A stretch of DNA of 64,000 nucleotides from Lama glama (lineage: Eukaryota). The notes under the pieces are model-generated. The model searched no databases. It worked only from the letters and a program-made list of their open reading frames with translations, and was not told where the DNA came from. Location: the NCBI GenBank assembly GCA_028534125.1, contig CM052817.1:106952001-107016000 (forward strand), written 5' to 3'. Of the stretch, positions 1 to 13,692 are shown in pieces. How positions within the stretch are numbered: the stretch's first letter is position 1; each line of letters starts with the position of its first letter. The translations under genes and the position numbers were made by a program.

Positions 1-287
1 GACAGCAGGAACAGCCATCTGGACTCCCCTGGGACTTAGAAACCAGGCAATATTTTCTATGGAGCAGACAAATCTGGAAAAATTAAGCAATTATAAAATT
101 TACAGCCTGACATGGTAAGTGCAAATGAAAATTGTTCTCTTATTTCTCATCCTGCAGATTGGCAAAAACAAGGTTTGACCATCGCCCGACTGGCGATGTG
201 GTGGAGAAACGGCGTCTGCTCTGGTCCAGTTCCAGCAGCTGTTTGGATGGGTGACTTCAGTCTTCCCAAGCCCTGTGGTATCTATTC

Positions 288-432
288 TTTTTTTTTTTTT
301 GAGGGGGAGTCTTTAGGTCTGTCTGTCTATTTATTTATCCCTAGTTAGTTTTTTTTTTTTAACAGAGGTACTGAGGATTGAACCCACGACCTCAAGTACT
401 CACATGCTCTATTACTGAGCCATACCCTCCCC
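288..432 (-). mobile_element. tRNA-Ala-derived SINE (camelid vic-1-like)
   Basis: Reverse complement gives ggggagggtatggctcagtaatagagcatgtg...gggttcaatcctcagtacctc followed by an A-rich tail. Confidence 0.8.
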
Positions 433-679
433 TGCTGTGGTCTCTGTTCTTGATTTTCTCTATTGTTCGGGAGCTTTCCTACGTACTTCCTAAGTTCCTT
501 CCCGACCCCTCACCATGGCTCTGTGCGATGCGTGGTTTCTTTCTCATTCCCCAGGGAGGAAACCGAGGCTGAAGGTCATCTAATTAGGAGGCAGCAGGGC
601 CAGGATTCAGAACTGCCTGCCCCCAAAGCTCACGCTGGGCATTATGGGTGGTGGCCAGAGCACAGGGTGCGTGTCAGAC

Positions 680-850
680 AGCATCCAAACTTGTATTTCT
701 TGGGGAAGGCTGATTCGTTTCCCCGAGGCATGCTTTTCTCATCTGTAAAAGCATCACACGATGCCCACCTTCACTGGGCAGCTCTGAAGAGCAAATGCAC
801 TCCGTGTGGTAAAGTCCTTCTCGCAGAAGAAACGATTGACAAATGAGAAC
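680..850 (+). mobile_element. MIR fragment
   Basis: ttttctcatctgtaaaa core. Confidence 0.45.
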
Positions 851-3800
851 TGCTGGCTGGTGCTGTCACTACTGTCCTATTCATGGTGTCATTCAAACTT
901 CCGGCTAAAAATTCCAACTACGCTTTCTCTTGCCCCCACATAAGGAAACTGTCCCTATGCACGCTGCTTGTATCTGTGAGGATTTAGTGACAAATTTCAT
1001 GTTAGTGGATATAGTTTGTTCCTTGCAAAAAAACAACGTATAATACAAAGATGTATTCTGTGAAAACATGACATTTCCACAAGGTCAGACTAGGTGGTTT
1101 TTGCTGGCCCAGCGTGGTAATGTCTGCTCTGGTGAGACCCTACGTCATCCCCCGTGTGTAAGACTCTCATTACCCGGGGTGGCTTTGGTAACCAGGAGGA
1201 CAACAATGCTAAGTGGTACCCAGGGAGCGGGTCCAACAAGACAGAGTTCTTCAGCCTGACCTCGACTAGCGTGTCAGGAAATCAATTCGCTGCTGCAACC
1301 AGCATTTTTAAAAAGGAAGCAGCAAGAGAAAGTACATCACTTACAGGAAGGATTCGTTCTGGTTAGTGAAACTTTTATTTCTGGAATGAGCAGACGGGCT
1401 CGTGTCATGCCATAAAAATCTCTCTCTACCTGAGGGCAGCGATAAAGCAGTTTTGAAAGCCACTGCAGGAGACGCCCCAAACGGCTACACATGGGACGTG
1501 GGACTCGTTTCTTTACAGATGCCTGGCCTTTCTCTATGAAACAGAAAGGCCAATGGACACATCGTGGTCCTCGGACTGGGGCATCGGTCGGTTCTGCTCT
1601 CACTGGCCTCAGTTTTCTTTCACCATCAGCCCCACCTCCACCATGAGGTATTAAAACACTAGGTACAAACCACACAGTTTGTTTTTTCCTCTCCTAGTAA
1701 GAGCTGAAGGTCCTTGGACAAGCAAAGATGTATGCTCGTAAGAAAGACATGAGAGCAGAAAAATAATTGTCAGAAATGTTTCCGGTTTAACATACTATTA
1801 TGTTAAGACAATGATAAAAGTCAAATTACGGCCACAGATGACTGGAGAATATAAAGTATAAAATGTATTCACTATTACCGTGACCTGAAGGGCTCGCACA
1901 GACATCTGTCTTGCTTTTTGTCAGTCTCCTAATCCCTCAGTGGGTCATGAAATCAATTTGTGATATATGACTAGTGACTAACATTAAAGAAATACAACAG
2001 GATAGGTGATGTCTGTGCATCAAATAAGGATAAAGAACAAAGGACACAGAGGAGATGTGATAACAGTAAATCTACAAAATTCTCCAGCCTCGACTGAAAA
2101 ACTAAAAATAATCAATTGCCTAACCAGACAGCATCCAAGGGTTTTTAAAAACTCTCAGAGATTCAAAACTGGTACCACTGGTTCTGTGATCACTTCTTTT
2201 CCATTTTTTTTTATCACACTGGAGGATTACAGCAATTTAAAAAATAAAGAATATCTATCACCAATCTTTAAAAAAAAAATAAACACAAAATAGAAGCATT
2301 TGACGGTAGGGGCTCAACATAACCCTGGTGAGGCCACAGGAGCGTGTGGAGTGGAAGCCGTGACACTCCGGGGCCAAGAGGCCAGAGGCTGGAGGGGAAT
2401 GAGACAGTTCCCAGGACGTGCGGAGAGAAGGGGCCGCGACTGGGAAAACCAAGACTACCCTATGCTGTACTGCTTGGAAGACTCTGTTTGAGTAACACAT
2501 GAATACGATTTGTCTTACTTCCATAGGGAACAAACATTCCTGTTTATGAAAAATATGACATTAAAAAAACCCTTTTTCTCTTGTCAATGTAACACAAAGA
2601 AAAGCCAAATAATCAACTTACAGACAACAGACGCTTTAGCCAATTCAGAAAACGATCTTACTTGCTTTGGTTTAATGTATGTAAGAAGTAATTAATACTG
2701 TGAAGATTTTTTTTTTTTTTAGAAAATCTGTGGATTCTGTGTGTGTGAGGTATACTAAGCAGGAAAGAAAAAAGGAATCCTTTGAAAGGGGTCCAAGCAG
2801 TTCTCTACCTTAAAACAAAAATACTAAATTCATAACCATTCAGTAATTGAATACTTAGTCACAAGTTACCGAGCAAAAATAAATAATGCCCCTTTTCTCA
2901 AAGTATGGAAACAAAGGCACACCCAAGAATCTATGGGAACCCAAAAGGAAGTTTGTTAATTCCTGCAGTTTTAAAAATAGGATTAAAGAGGAGCAATTTC
3001 ATTTAAACTAAACTTAAAACACACCACCCCATCGCTTGGGGAGGAAGGAGGTTCAGCAGGCAGGCACCTGGACAAAGCATCAATTCCACAGATGTTTGTC
3101 GTTCATACGAAAGGTGTCTGTATTAACCAAGTGCAGGAGGGTGAGTGAGACGTAACAAGAGAAACAGCAGACAAGGTAAATGTTCTCACATGTGGCTGTT
3201 CTGAGGAGACAGAACACGGGATCTCCCCCAGACCTCGTGTGGGCCAGGCAACATCATGAGGCCTTAGCTGTACTGACACCGATTCACCGTTTTAAATAAA
3301 AGTATATTTGACAGGACTAAGCATCTGAATCATCACTGCTTACCAGTGAGCTGGCACTCAAGTGCAAGCAGTGCACTCAGAGATTTTATCAACAACCCCC
3401 ACTCCCCAACACCAGCTTGGTATTCATTTGCAGGACTCAGCATAGCTCTTGCTTTCTAGAAATTCTGGGAGAGAAAACTTCTCAGATACGAAGGGAAAGC
3501 CTTAAATTTCCAGGAATGACATGCTACCTATTTTTTTAATGATCATAATTGTCTTCCGTAACTATACTAAAGTGAGCATATGCGAAAAGGATAACGACAT
3601 CAAGCCGTTCATAAACAATGTTCAATCTAACTTTTAAAAGACCCTGTGAGCAAGGATTCTGGATTAAGAGGGCCAACTGAACACATTTCCGATGTCACTG
3701 TCTCTTTAAAAATTACAGTAAAAAGAGTTTTAAAAAGAAGTAGGCAGGGACAAAGAAGAGAGGGAAATACATTTCGGACAGTGGAGATCAGAGGAACATG

Positions 3801-4084
3801 TGGATTCAGACGCAAGAAGGCTCAACTCCGTGTCTTCGGGGGTAAAACAGAACCACTTCACTTCATGCTGCAAAATCCTTAAAAGACGTGTGAACTAACT
3901 ACCAGCCCCTTCGTAACAGGGAGTGGAGGCAACGCAGAAGGACGTGGGCTAAAGTTGGGCGGGGAGGGACTCTGGTTATCTAATGCCCAAAGCCATACCG
4001 ATTTATCAATTTCTTCCTAGCTTGGAGTTTTTTAAAAAAAATATGTGTCATGTGTATCTAATAAAAGGACATTAGGGGAAAAAA

Positions 4085-4220
4085 GCATAGTAATATCATT
4101 CATAACAGCTTAAGTAGAAATAAGCAAAATGTCCATCAGTCAGTTCATGGATAAGTAAAATGTGGTATAACTACATAATGAAATATTATTTGACTATAAA
4201 AATTAACAAAGTACAAAAAA
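4085..4220 (+). mobile_element. Old L1 fragment
   Basis: aaatgtccatcagtcagttcatggataagtaaaatgtggtata...aatgaaatattattt. Confidence 0.65.
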
Positions 4221-5360
4221 GAAAAGAAAAGAAAGTCAGGGAAGTCAGGGGTGGGTATTTGAGAAGCAGTTCCATCCATCCCTCATTCCAACCGGAATCT
4301 AGGGGTTAGCCATTGGCGAAGGGATGCAGCATGCGTGTCTGCACTGGGGGAGGCCAGCCCCGCTTCTCCCTTCATTCAGGTCTGAGCTCCTAAAAAGGCA
4401 TCACACCAACCCGTCCTTCCTCAGAAGGCCTCCTGGTCAGTGCCCTCCCGATCACACACCCCGAGTCCCCATCATAACCTTCAGACCTGCAGCGGGACAG
4501 GACCAGGACCTCCCCTGCTTCTTTCCCACTGAGCCACCAGGACCCAGAAACCCTGAGTCCAGAGACTGAATGGTTACAGCCCCGGAACAGTCATCTGTAA
4601 GTAGTCAGCGACGCCTACCAAGGGCGTCCATGGTGGCTTAGATCTCTAAGCCAAGGTTTGGGTTTTCATCTTTGACTCCCCCGTGTGCGGAGAGCTGAAG
4701 TGGCACAGGTGTCCCCTCACACAGAACGAGGTGTCTGGGCTCGCTCCAAGCACAAGCAACTGGTCACCCACACATACTGATGCCCACAGGGTCCTGCACC
4801 TAACCCAGGAGATCCAGTTCCCCGAATTCCTCTCAAGTAGACATTGGCCCAGGGAGAGCTGTGGGGGGTGGCGGAGTGGACAGCCTGGCTCGGGCAGGGG
4901 TGGCTGAGATCTGGACCGGCTGTGGAAGAAAAGCTTTTACAGGACAATCTATCAGCTGCCTCTTGACCAGTGTTTACATGAAGAAGAACTTCCTAGTTCA
5001 CTAGGAATGGTGCTCCCAAGAAAATTAAAAGAAGAACCATTGTTTGGAAGACGACTTTTATTTTATTTTTTGTCATAATGTAAGCAAGCAAAGGGCTCAT
5101 GTGGAAGGGTTTTATTAAGCAGCTGTATTATTTGTAGACTCTTGAAGGTACTGATTGAGTAAAATGAATCTTTTTTTAAGTTTTTTCAACAAATGTCAAG
5201 GGAAGTTTTTAAATGAATGACCCCTTAAAGCCTACAAACCCGGGCTCTATGATATCAGATGACTTTCCCTCTGTGTATTTTTTTTTTCCTTTTTAGAAAG
5301 CTGTATTAATATGCATTTACTCTGAATTGCTCTGGGATGCATTTTCGCACCCATACTTAC

Positions 5361-5538
5361 CAATGTCGTCATCCGTCCTGTCAATGGGGTCCTTCTCCAG
5401 GCAGTCCCTCACAATGTCCCTGCTCATCAGTGGGTCTGAGGCCCTCTCGATGTCCTCTTCATCGTCATCGTCCTCAGAGTCCACAGCGGTCTCTGGCAAC
5501 CCACTCAGGTCCATATCACCAGCCTCACTTTCCGTGGC
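5361..5538 (-). CDS. RAPGEF2: RAPGEF2 coding exon, 178 nt ([10 protein letters not shown]...DRTDDDI + 1 nt), acidic region preceding the cNMP-binding-like domain
   Basis: Acceptor gtctgtctccag|GCC at 5540-5539; donor ATTG|gtaagt at 5360; phase 0 to phase 1; overlaps supplied ORF 5317..5514. Confidence 0.97.
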
Positions 5539-6714
5539 CTGGAGACAGACCGAAAATTGATAGATTGATGGACAGAGAGAGATACACAGACAAATAAACA
5601 GACTGTGTCAAGTACACCTTTTGGACCCAAAAGAAAGAAAAACAAGTCTAGTGCAAAACATCAAACCCCTTACTATATTAATTTTTCCTTAACTACGTTA
5701 CACATATTCAGTAGTAACAGATCTTTCTGCGCTAGGCACTACATAAAAGAATGATGGCAACAAAATATAAGTGATTTTACCTCTTACTGAATTTTTAGTT
5801 AGGATTAATAATTCTCTCTCAATAATTTTGACTTCTTATCTGAGCTGTTTGAAACATAGCAAAATAAGAAAAAGGTAAGTCTTTGTTTTCACTCCATTTT
5901 TCAAAGAGAATGGCTTAAGCTAAGAGCTTAAGGGTGACAGCTAATTTGGAACAATTTCTTCCCCAGGAGAATAGGTGCAGATTTATTAATGCCAAGAAGA
6001 CCGAACCACTTCTCTGTCATTAGATGGTCTGTATGAAAAAGTGAATCCCAAATCACAGGTAACTTGATAAATATGCAAACAGAACATTTAGCCTGATGAT
6101 CACAATGTCTACTCTCCAACTATAAACCACCAAAAGTGTGAAGGACCCTACACTCCGAGCAGTGACGCAGTCTTTCTCCCCATTCATTCCTCAACATGGC
6201 TGATGGTGTCACCGGTCAAACTCCAAGTCGTCAAGATACACCTGAATCTCTTCTCAGTCACCAGAGCCACACATTTCAAAACGGCGTCTCCTGTCGGGCT
6301 CTCTCAAGCCTGGAACAGCTATCCCCGTTGGTTATTCTGCAGCCTTTGTGATTATTATCTCAGCAATCGCATGCCTGTATCGCACTGGCCTTACTGGACA
6401 TTGTGTGCCCAGCATTCATTAAGTGCTTAAGTGTAGTAAGAATGGGTATGATTAAATATCAACTATATTGATCTTAAACATCACAGACATGTTTTTCCAG
6501 ATAAAATACTGACCTCTTAGGAAGACTTCATGATAAAACTATTAACTTTGTCGAAAACGTAACATTTACCAACTTCAAGTAGCTCATAGCTCATATGATC
6601 TTCAACGACAATAAACAAATCTATTTTTAAGAACAGGCAAACACTGATTAAAATAAATAAAACTGTAAATATAAAGTGTTGAACCTGACAGTAATAAGCC
6701 AACACCAAATACAA

Positions 6715-6910
6715 CATGCCAGGAGCTGCTGTAAGTGGCTTCTGTGTAGTAACTCATTTCATCCTTAAAACAATCCTACGAAGTAAGTGCCCTTATTAAC
6801 TTCTATTATTCTGCAAACATCCAGGTGAAGAGAGATTATTTTTCCACGATCGTGCTCCTGGTAACTGTGGAACTGAGAATGGAACCAGGAGTTCTGGCCC
6901 CAGAGTCAGA
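6715..6910 (-). mobile_element. MIR
   Basis: aactcatttcatccttaaaacaatcctacgaagtaagtg...gaaccaggagttctggccccagagtc. Confidence 0.6.
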
Positions 6911-8249
6911 ACTACAAGTACTCGGTCTCTTTATATAATAGACACTCAATACACGCATCCTCCTAGACGATCTACACTCTGTCTATAATTCAGTTTAAGT
7001 CAAGTTTACAGAAGAAACTGTATTATTTTTGTATCAACAAAGCTTCACCTTTCTAAAGTCTTGGTTTACATTACAGAACACGCTATTTAAGTCTACATTT
7101 TGAAGCAACGCAAGCATCAGTTAGTTATTTCTACAGTTTAACAGCTAGAATTTTAATCACACTTTGTTCTTTAGGTACAACATCCTGAACGGAAATACAA
7201 GCATCGTAAGAAAAACCTACGGGGAAGATAACTGAAGACAGAATAGGTGGAAGGGGACAGCTTAACCTCTGCGGAAGCTGTGTCCACAGTGGCCTTCGTG
7301 GACGACTGACGGGCCGGACCACGGCCAGCGCTGCGCACGTGGGGGAGAGGTGAGGCTTAGCTCGGCAGCACACCCCTAATTCGGACTGTCTCTGGATTCT
7401 AGCATGAAATTGAAAACACAATTGGATGTGATCTGGTCAGCGGAGGCCACAGTCAGAGAAACCAGGCCAACACTGCTGGTGTCACCGCCCTATTTCCAAA
7501 GCCTAAAAACGTGACCGCTGGGTCAGGCCTGCTATGATCACATCTCACCCCAGCTGCGCTTTAACAGTGACGATTATTAGCCATCACCTTACATTTTCAA
7601 ATATACACTCAGTTCTCTCTTCATACATTCTGTAGTATTAGCCTGGAGTGAGGAGGCATTGTGGAAGATGGAAATTAAAACAAAAAACTCTTCGAAATAA
7701 AGTTATATAACCTAAGGTTTTTCTTTAATTCTTAAACATCTAACATATGGCAAGAGATGAGAGATATATTTTATACCACTCCAAAGAAATCATTACTATC
7801 ACTTAAATGAATTATATTTATGTCTTAAATAGAACCAAGATTTTCAAATGTGAGTTGGATTAATCTTTCCGAAACTGAACTCTCCACTCTATTTGTGTAA
7901 ATAATCATTAACTGTTTTCTATTTCTGCGATGTGGACTCCATTCTTTAAGAAACAAACAATCTTCCAAATAACATTCACTGAACATTCATTTAAAATAAA
8001 TACCCATTTCATTTTAAAATATATAGAATTCCTTTAAATAATGCATTGTAAAAATTGATTTATTTGTTAGGAACTGACTTTTTCATAATCCCACTGTCTG
8101 ATGAACAGTGAGACATGTGGAGACTGAGTGGAGTTAAAAGGTTTAATGACCCCTGACTGGTCTACAGGAAGAGAGCGCTAAACCCGAGTGCCTGGAACGT
8201 GGGGGTCACTGAACTTGCACCTGCTGGATGAGCAGACAAACCAGAGGTC

Positions 8250-8400
8250 AGCAGTTCAGGTCTCTGCTCCAGCATTCACTGTGTGACCTTAACCAAGTTG
8301 TTGGACCTGTGTAAACCCAGCGTTATCCTCAGGAAACCGGAGTTACACCTTGCCATCCCTAGGGCTGTTCTTGGGTCAAATAAGGGAAAAGAAAGCCAGT
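8250..8400 (+). mobile_element. MIR
   Basis: ctgtgtgaccttaaccaagttgttggacctgtgt...cctagggctgttctt. Confidence 0.5.
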
Positions 8401-11400
8401 GACAGCCTATACCAAAAGTCCCTTCTGCGGGGGACACATTTTCACCTCAATGCCTGCACACCTTTCCCTCTCCCCACCCCAGCTATGAGCCTCACACACA
8501 GTTTATATTGGCAGAATTTGTCCAAAAAACCCAAACTCTGTTAAATATCCCAACCCCTGACATAATGTAAAAATTTCTCTCAGGCTAACTGCATCTGTTA
8601 AAATCTGGCTAAATGGTTCACACAGCAATTATAAAAATGGTGACTGAGCCAGCACGGAGTGACCTCCACGTACCTAGCTCTACACCTGATGCTTATAATC
8701 GGTGATAATTAATCTTCATATCAATTCAACACATCAGGATTGTTACCACTATTCAGATGAGAAAACACCGGAACATTGGACACATTGTTCAGTGTAAACA
8801 AAACAAAGCCGAGTAATTGTACCAGGACTCAAGATCAGGTCTGACCAACACAAGCTACTGAACACTTGCACTCTAATATTTCACCCAGTTTTCTAAAGAC
8901 TGTCTTCATGAAGAAAATAGCTAAAATATAATAAAGCAATAAAATGTTTTCTGCTTCACTAAGTCGCAAAACATAAAATGTTGAATAATTTATATCTGTA
9001 TATAAACATAAACAAAATGCCTGAAATTTTCCAGCTTCCTCCAAATGACAGTATTGCTAAGATTAATGCCAGTCTTTAAGCCCTTTTATTCTAAGTAAAG
9101 ACACGCACACATTTTATATTTAAAAGGTATCTGATTATATTGGTCTTGGGAGCAAAAATAAAGCCACTTAGGCCAATAGCTCCTGTCCTAAATTAATGAC
9201 TCTTCCACATGGATAACAGAACAGATTTAGGTGCACATTATAGTTAAATAGTAATATTCTCAAAAAAAAAAAACCTCTCATAATATTCTGAGATCAACGC
9301 TGAAAGCTCTATGATTTATTCAGATCAAAAGGGGCTATTTACATTTTGTTATTATGAAAGCAGTTCTTAAAACCAGTTTCATTTTGCATTTTTAAGGGAT
9401 ATGAAGTAAATGAAGAAACAGAAGAAACAGTAAATGCCACAAAGCTCTAGTGAAGTTATTGAAGTAAAATAAAAACAACTAACTACTACGCATTTATCAT
9501 TATGTCCTTAAAAATCACTCATGAAAACCTTTTTGCTTATTAAATATCAAACACCCACGCCTATCCCCATGGTCAGGAGGGCTGCTTAATAAATATTCAT
9601 GATGGAAATAAATTTATGTAGAAAGTATGAAAACACATTTGGAAATAAGTACAACGCTTGCAGTAAGCTCTGTTTGTGTATCATAATTTATGCTGTTCCT
9701 AATCTTACACTAGGAATGTTTTTTTTCTATTTCAATATAGGAGATACATATATATGCCTAAAAGAACAATCCTTCAAAGCTTTTAATGTAAACTGTTAGG
9801 TTTCTTTCCAAAAACTACAATCCTAACAGGTGTAAGAATGTCTATCTATAATCATTTATTACAAGGAGCTAAGTCAGCGCTAATTTAATAGGAAAAGTAG
9901 CTTCATATTTAAATCCTCATACACTCGATTACTAATGTCTTAAGTATTTTCTTGTAGGGCATAGACATTTGCACGGTCTCTTCTGCAAACTACCTACTCT
10001 TGTCCTTTGAATACTATTATGTTGTGAGCTGAGTATTTTCCTAATTAATTTGCATAAGTGAAACTATTCTGACTTTAAATCTTTGTCTCAATTGATCTTC
10101 TAATTTATTAAAAGTTTTGATCAGTCATTATGCCACTAAGAATTTGCTAACTCTTTGGTTTATCTGGAATTTAATCTTAATTATAATACAAACAAGGATA
10201 TTAAAATTACTCCCCTGCCCTGAAGACCATGTACTGACTAACCTCGCTGCACGGACTCGTGAGGTTCCCTCTATTACGTGCTACATCCTTATGTGTGGGT
10301 TTTGTTTTGCTTGAACCCTCTGTTCTAGTGATCTGTCCATTTTTGTACAATTATTTCCAGTCCACCTAAGTCACTGCTCTGATCGTCACTCCATGTGACC
10401 AGGATCTTATCATGGCTGGAAACTGCATGGTCTCCTGTCACCAGCTTAGGCACTCACTCTGCCTTCTGTCACCAATAACCTCCTATTTCTCAGCCTGCTT
10501 CCACTGCCTCCCAAGGAGGCCTTTTATTAAACAAGCACGATTCTCAGTCTTCCAGATTCTCCGTCCTGTGGCTCGCCCTCACACTTCCAGCTTGTGGTCC
10601 CTAGTCCAATGGTGCAGTCACCTTCACTGGACTCACCTTTCTGAATGCCTACAACTTCCTGGCCCTGCTCCAGGCTCCAGACAAGACAGATCAGTGCCCT
10701 GTCTTCCTGAAGCTGCCACTCCGGGAGGCAGGTATGGCGACTCAGCAAAAGTAATCATCGTTTTGGCTAAAGTCTAAGGAAAAGACTAGCCAGGAAAAGA
10801 TCCAAACTGTAGGAGAGGACCTGCTTTTCAGAGGGCAGTAAGGAAAGAAGTCTCTGAGAAGACAGTCCTGGAGAACGAAGTCACACAACGGTCAAGTGAG
10901 GAGAGAACATTCCTGACGGAAGGTCTGCAAATGCAGAGTGTGGCGTGTCGCTCCCGCCTTCCTCGCACTACACTCTAACGAGGCTGTAGTCCTGGAGAAG
11001 CCAAACCCCTGCCTGCTCCGTGCTCACCGCACCAGGCGGTGGGAAATCACTCCGCATTCGAGGGCACCAACCTGGCTGAGCCTTCAGCGCTCTGGTCAGT
11101 TTGCTCTCCTCCTCTCTGAAACTATTCTCTCCTTAAACGTTCCCACCCGCCAACCCTCTCACTCTGAACGGAGGACTCAGACATGCCAGACAGAAACTCC
11201 CTCAACCCCAAACTCCCCGCTCCAAGCCCACCATGGCCTGTCCCTAGTAACACAGAGGAGGTTTCTTCCTGAAAGCTAGTGATTCCACTCCGCTTTTGAA
11301 TTCCCTTCCCAGCCTCTCTGAAACATTATTCTGTCCTCTTCTCTCCTGCACACAGCATTTGATTTCAACCTCTCTGTGCCCATCTTGGGAGCATTTATAC

Positions 11401-13560
11401 TCGCTTCCAACCTGACAGCTTTCTCCCCAGTCAGAACCATGCAAAGATTAAAGGGTTGCCTGGGGGAGACAGCTGCCCATCACTGGGATGTTCAAGAATA
11501 AACTGGATGTTCGAGTGACAGTAAAGTTGTGGAGGGTTCGGAGACAAGACTGGTCCCTGAACGAGTTGCACCTGTCAGATTTCTTCTCACCTGAGAGTTT
11601 CTGATTTAAAGACAACAGACATGGTCTAGTGAGGATTTCCATGTTGTCTGATATAATCAGAAACTAAATCTTTGGATACATCTATGGATCTTTCCCTAGG
11701 AAGGATATAAACTTAACAGGCTACACGCCTGTCGTCAAGTTTGAAATGAATAGCCTTGAAACTCAAGCGAATTGGATCACTATACACAGGGGTCCTCTTT
11801 TCCACGATAAAGTCAGACTGCAGGCTGCAAGCTCCAACCCAGTCAGAGTGACGTGGATTTCTCACCACAGTCTGTATCCTCAGAGGTCCTGGTGGTGGCT
11901 GGGGACAGCAGAGGTACCACCAGGAATCTCCCCATGACCTTACCCCAACCTACCCAAGGGAGTGACACAGAGCCCAAGTTCCCTGCAGGATCAGCGTCGA
12001 TAAATTCTGTAGACAACCTACTTCACTCCTATCACATAAATTTACCTTTCGGAGTTCCATTCAGGCTTGCATTGTACTTGGAGAAAGCAGTGGTAACTGC
12101 TCCAGCCTCGAGCTGTGTTTCTGTTACAGATCTTTAAAATGTATAATCATCTCAAAGTGTAGAAGACAAAGTGTCCATCGTGATGTTTCAAGTAACATAA
12201 GCTAAAGCAGAGCTTCTACACACACTGTCCTTTGCTCTGTTACAAGGGACACTCCTGAGTAAATGTGTGAAAAAGTCAACTTCTAAAAACTAGGCATTTT
12301 GAGGGGTTGGAGGAGAGCAGTTTTACCCTGATCCACCGCCTTCTCTTCTCAACGTTTGAAAATTGGATTACTTCCTGTACATTTAAGTACAAGTTAACAC
12401 TTAATGCATCAAAGTGGAAATTTGAAAGGTTACTTTAAAGAGTCAAATAATTATATTTCTTATTGCAAAATAATAAAAAAGTTCTTAATTAGCCAAGAAG
12501 CTGCAAATAATTGCTTTGTGGTTACCAATTCTCGGTCAGCGAGCTTTCAACAACACTCCTGGAGTACAGAAAAGTGTGTGCCTAATGCGCCCTTAAGAGA
12601 AAATTAATTTTCTAAGATCTACTAAATTTAGGGCTTGAACAGGTATGTTTCGCCCTGATGGTATTCTGATTGTTTAGATGCTTTTAGTAATGTTTTCTAA
12701 AAAAAGAAAGTTGGCACTGCTTGAATACATCAATGACCCTGAAACACTCCAGTGTTTCTAAAGAAAGGTTTTTATGGCCAGCTCGTAGCACAATTCCTAA
12801 GAAGCAGAGAATTATACTTTGTAAAGTGAGTATGATGTTCTTTTTGGTTGAAACCATACAAAACCCCATATTAGCTTATATACTGAAAGACTCCCCAGAA
12901 GGACTTTTTTCTGCATATTTTAGTCACTTTTCCTAATTTTTATTTTCTAAGCGAATGAACTATTCCTTAACAATTAAAATTATTTTGCTTTTAAAACATT
13001 TTTGAAATCCCATAGTTCTGGTTTCTTTTCTATCCATCAGTATCCTAAGAATTTATTTTAAACATATAACTCAACCTATAGGCAAGAAAAATAATGCAAG
13101 AAAAATAATTCAAAGAGCCAATCTTAATAATCTCTTCCTTTTTAAGACTTTAATAAGAAAAGCTTATTATAAAAGCATAATTCAGAAGTTTTCCCCTAAA
13201 ATTTTAGTCAAGAAAAGAGTCGTACACCTAGTATGGCTACAGTCAAATTAATAAAATATTTGGAGTCAAGGGAAATATTTCCATTGTAGCTACTCTATTT
13301 AAAATTCTCATGACTGGTGACAGCAGATGCAAACACAATTAGACAGTTGTTCTAATTTAATTTAGGAAGTTCTATTTCCTAAAACGAGCATACAGTGTAC
13401 TGTATGCCTGGGCGAAGCACAAACACTAGCACTTCGTGTACACGTATGCACATGTAATATATGCACATGTATTTACTCTACACATCCTATCAATGAAGAA
13501 TCACGGAACCGCTTAGGACACAAGAAAACGAAGCGAGTGACGAGGAAAACACCTTCTTAC

Positions 13561-13692
13561 CTGGTAGATGTCAGAAAGGCTGCTGCTTCCGGAGTCACTG
13601 GTGATACTACATCCTGAGTGGCTGGAAGAGACGTGGGTCACCTGCGGGTGAAGACTATCAGTGAGGTGCAGCTTTGTGAAGTCTGCAGGGAG
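13561..13692 (-). CDS. RAPGEF2: RAPGEF2 coding exon, 132 nt ([10 protein letters not shown]...SSSLSDIYQ)
   Basis: Acceptor ctttccctcctccttccctag|CTC; donor CAG|gtaaga at 13560; 44 codons without a stop, phase 0/0, joins the 5538 exon in frame. Absent from the ORF track. Confidence 0.97.

Noticed and set aside
5317..5360. C-terminal extension [14 protein letters not shown] of ORF 5317..5514
   Set aside because: Read-through into the intron past the gtaagt donor.
5327..5597. Plus-strand ORFs opposite the RAPGEF2 exon
   Set aside because: Antisense shadows of coding sequence with no independent support.
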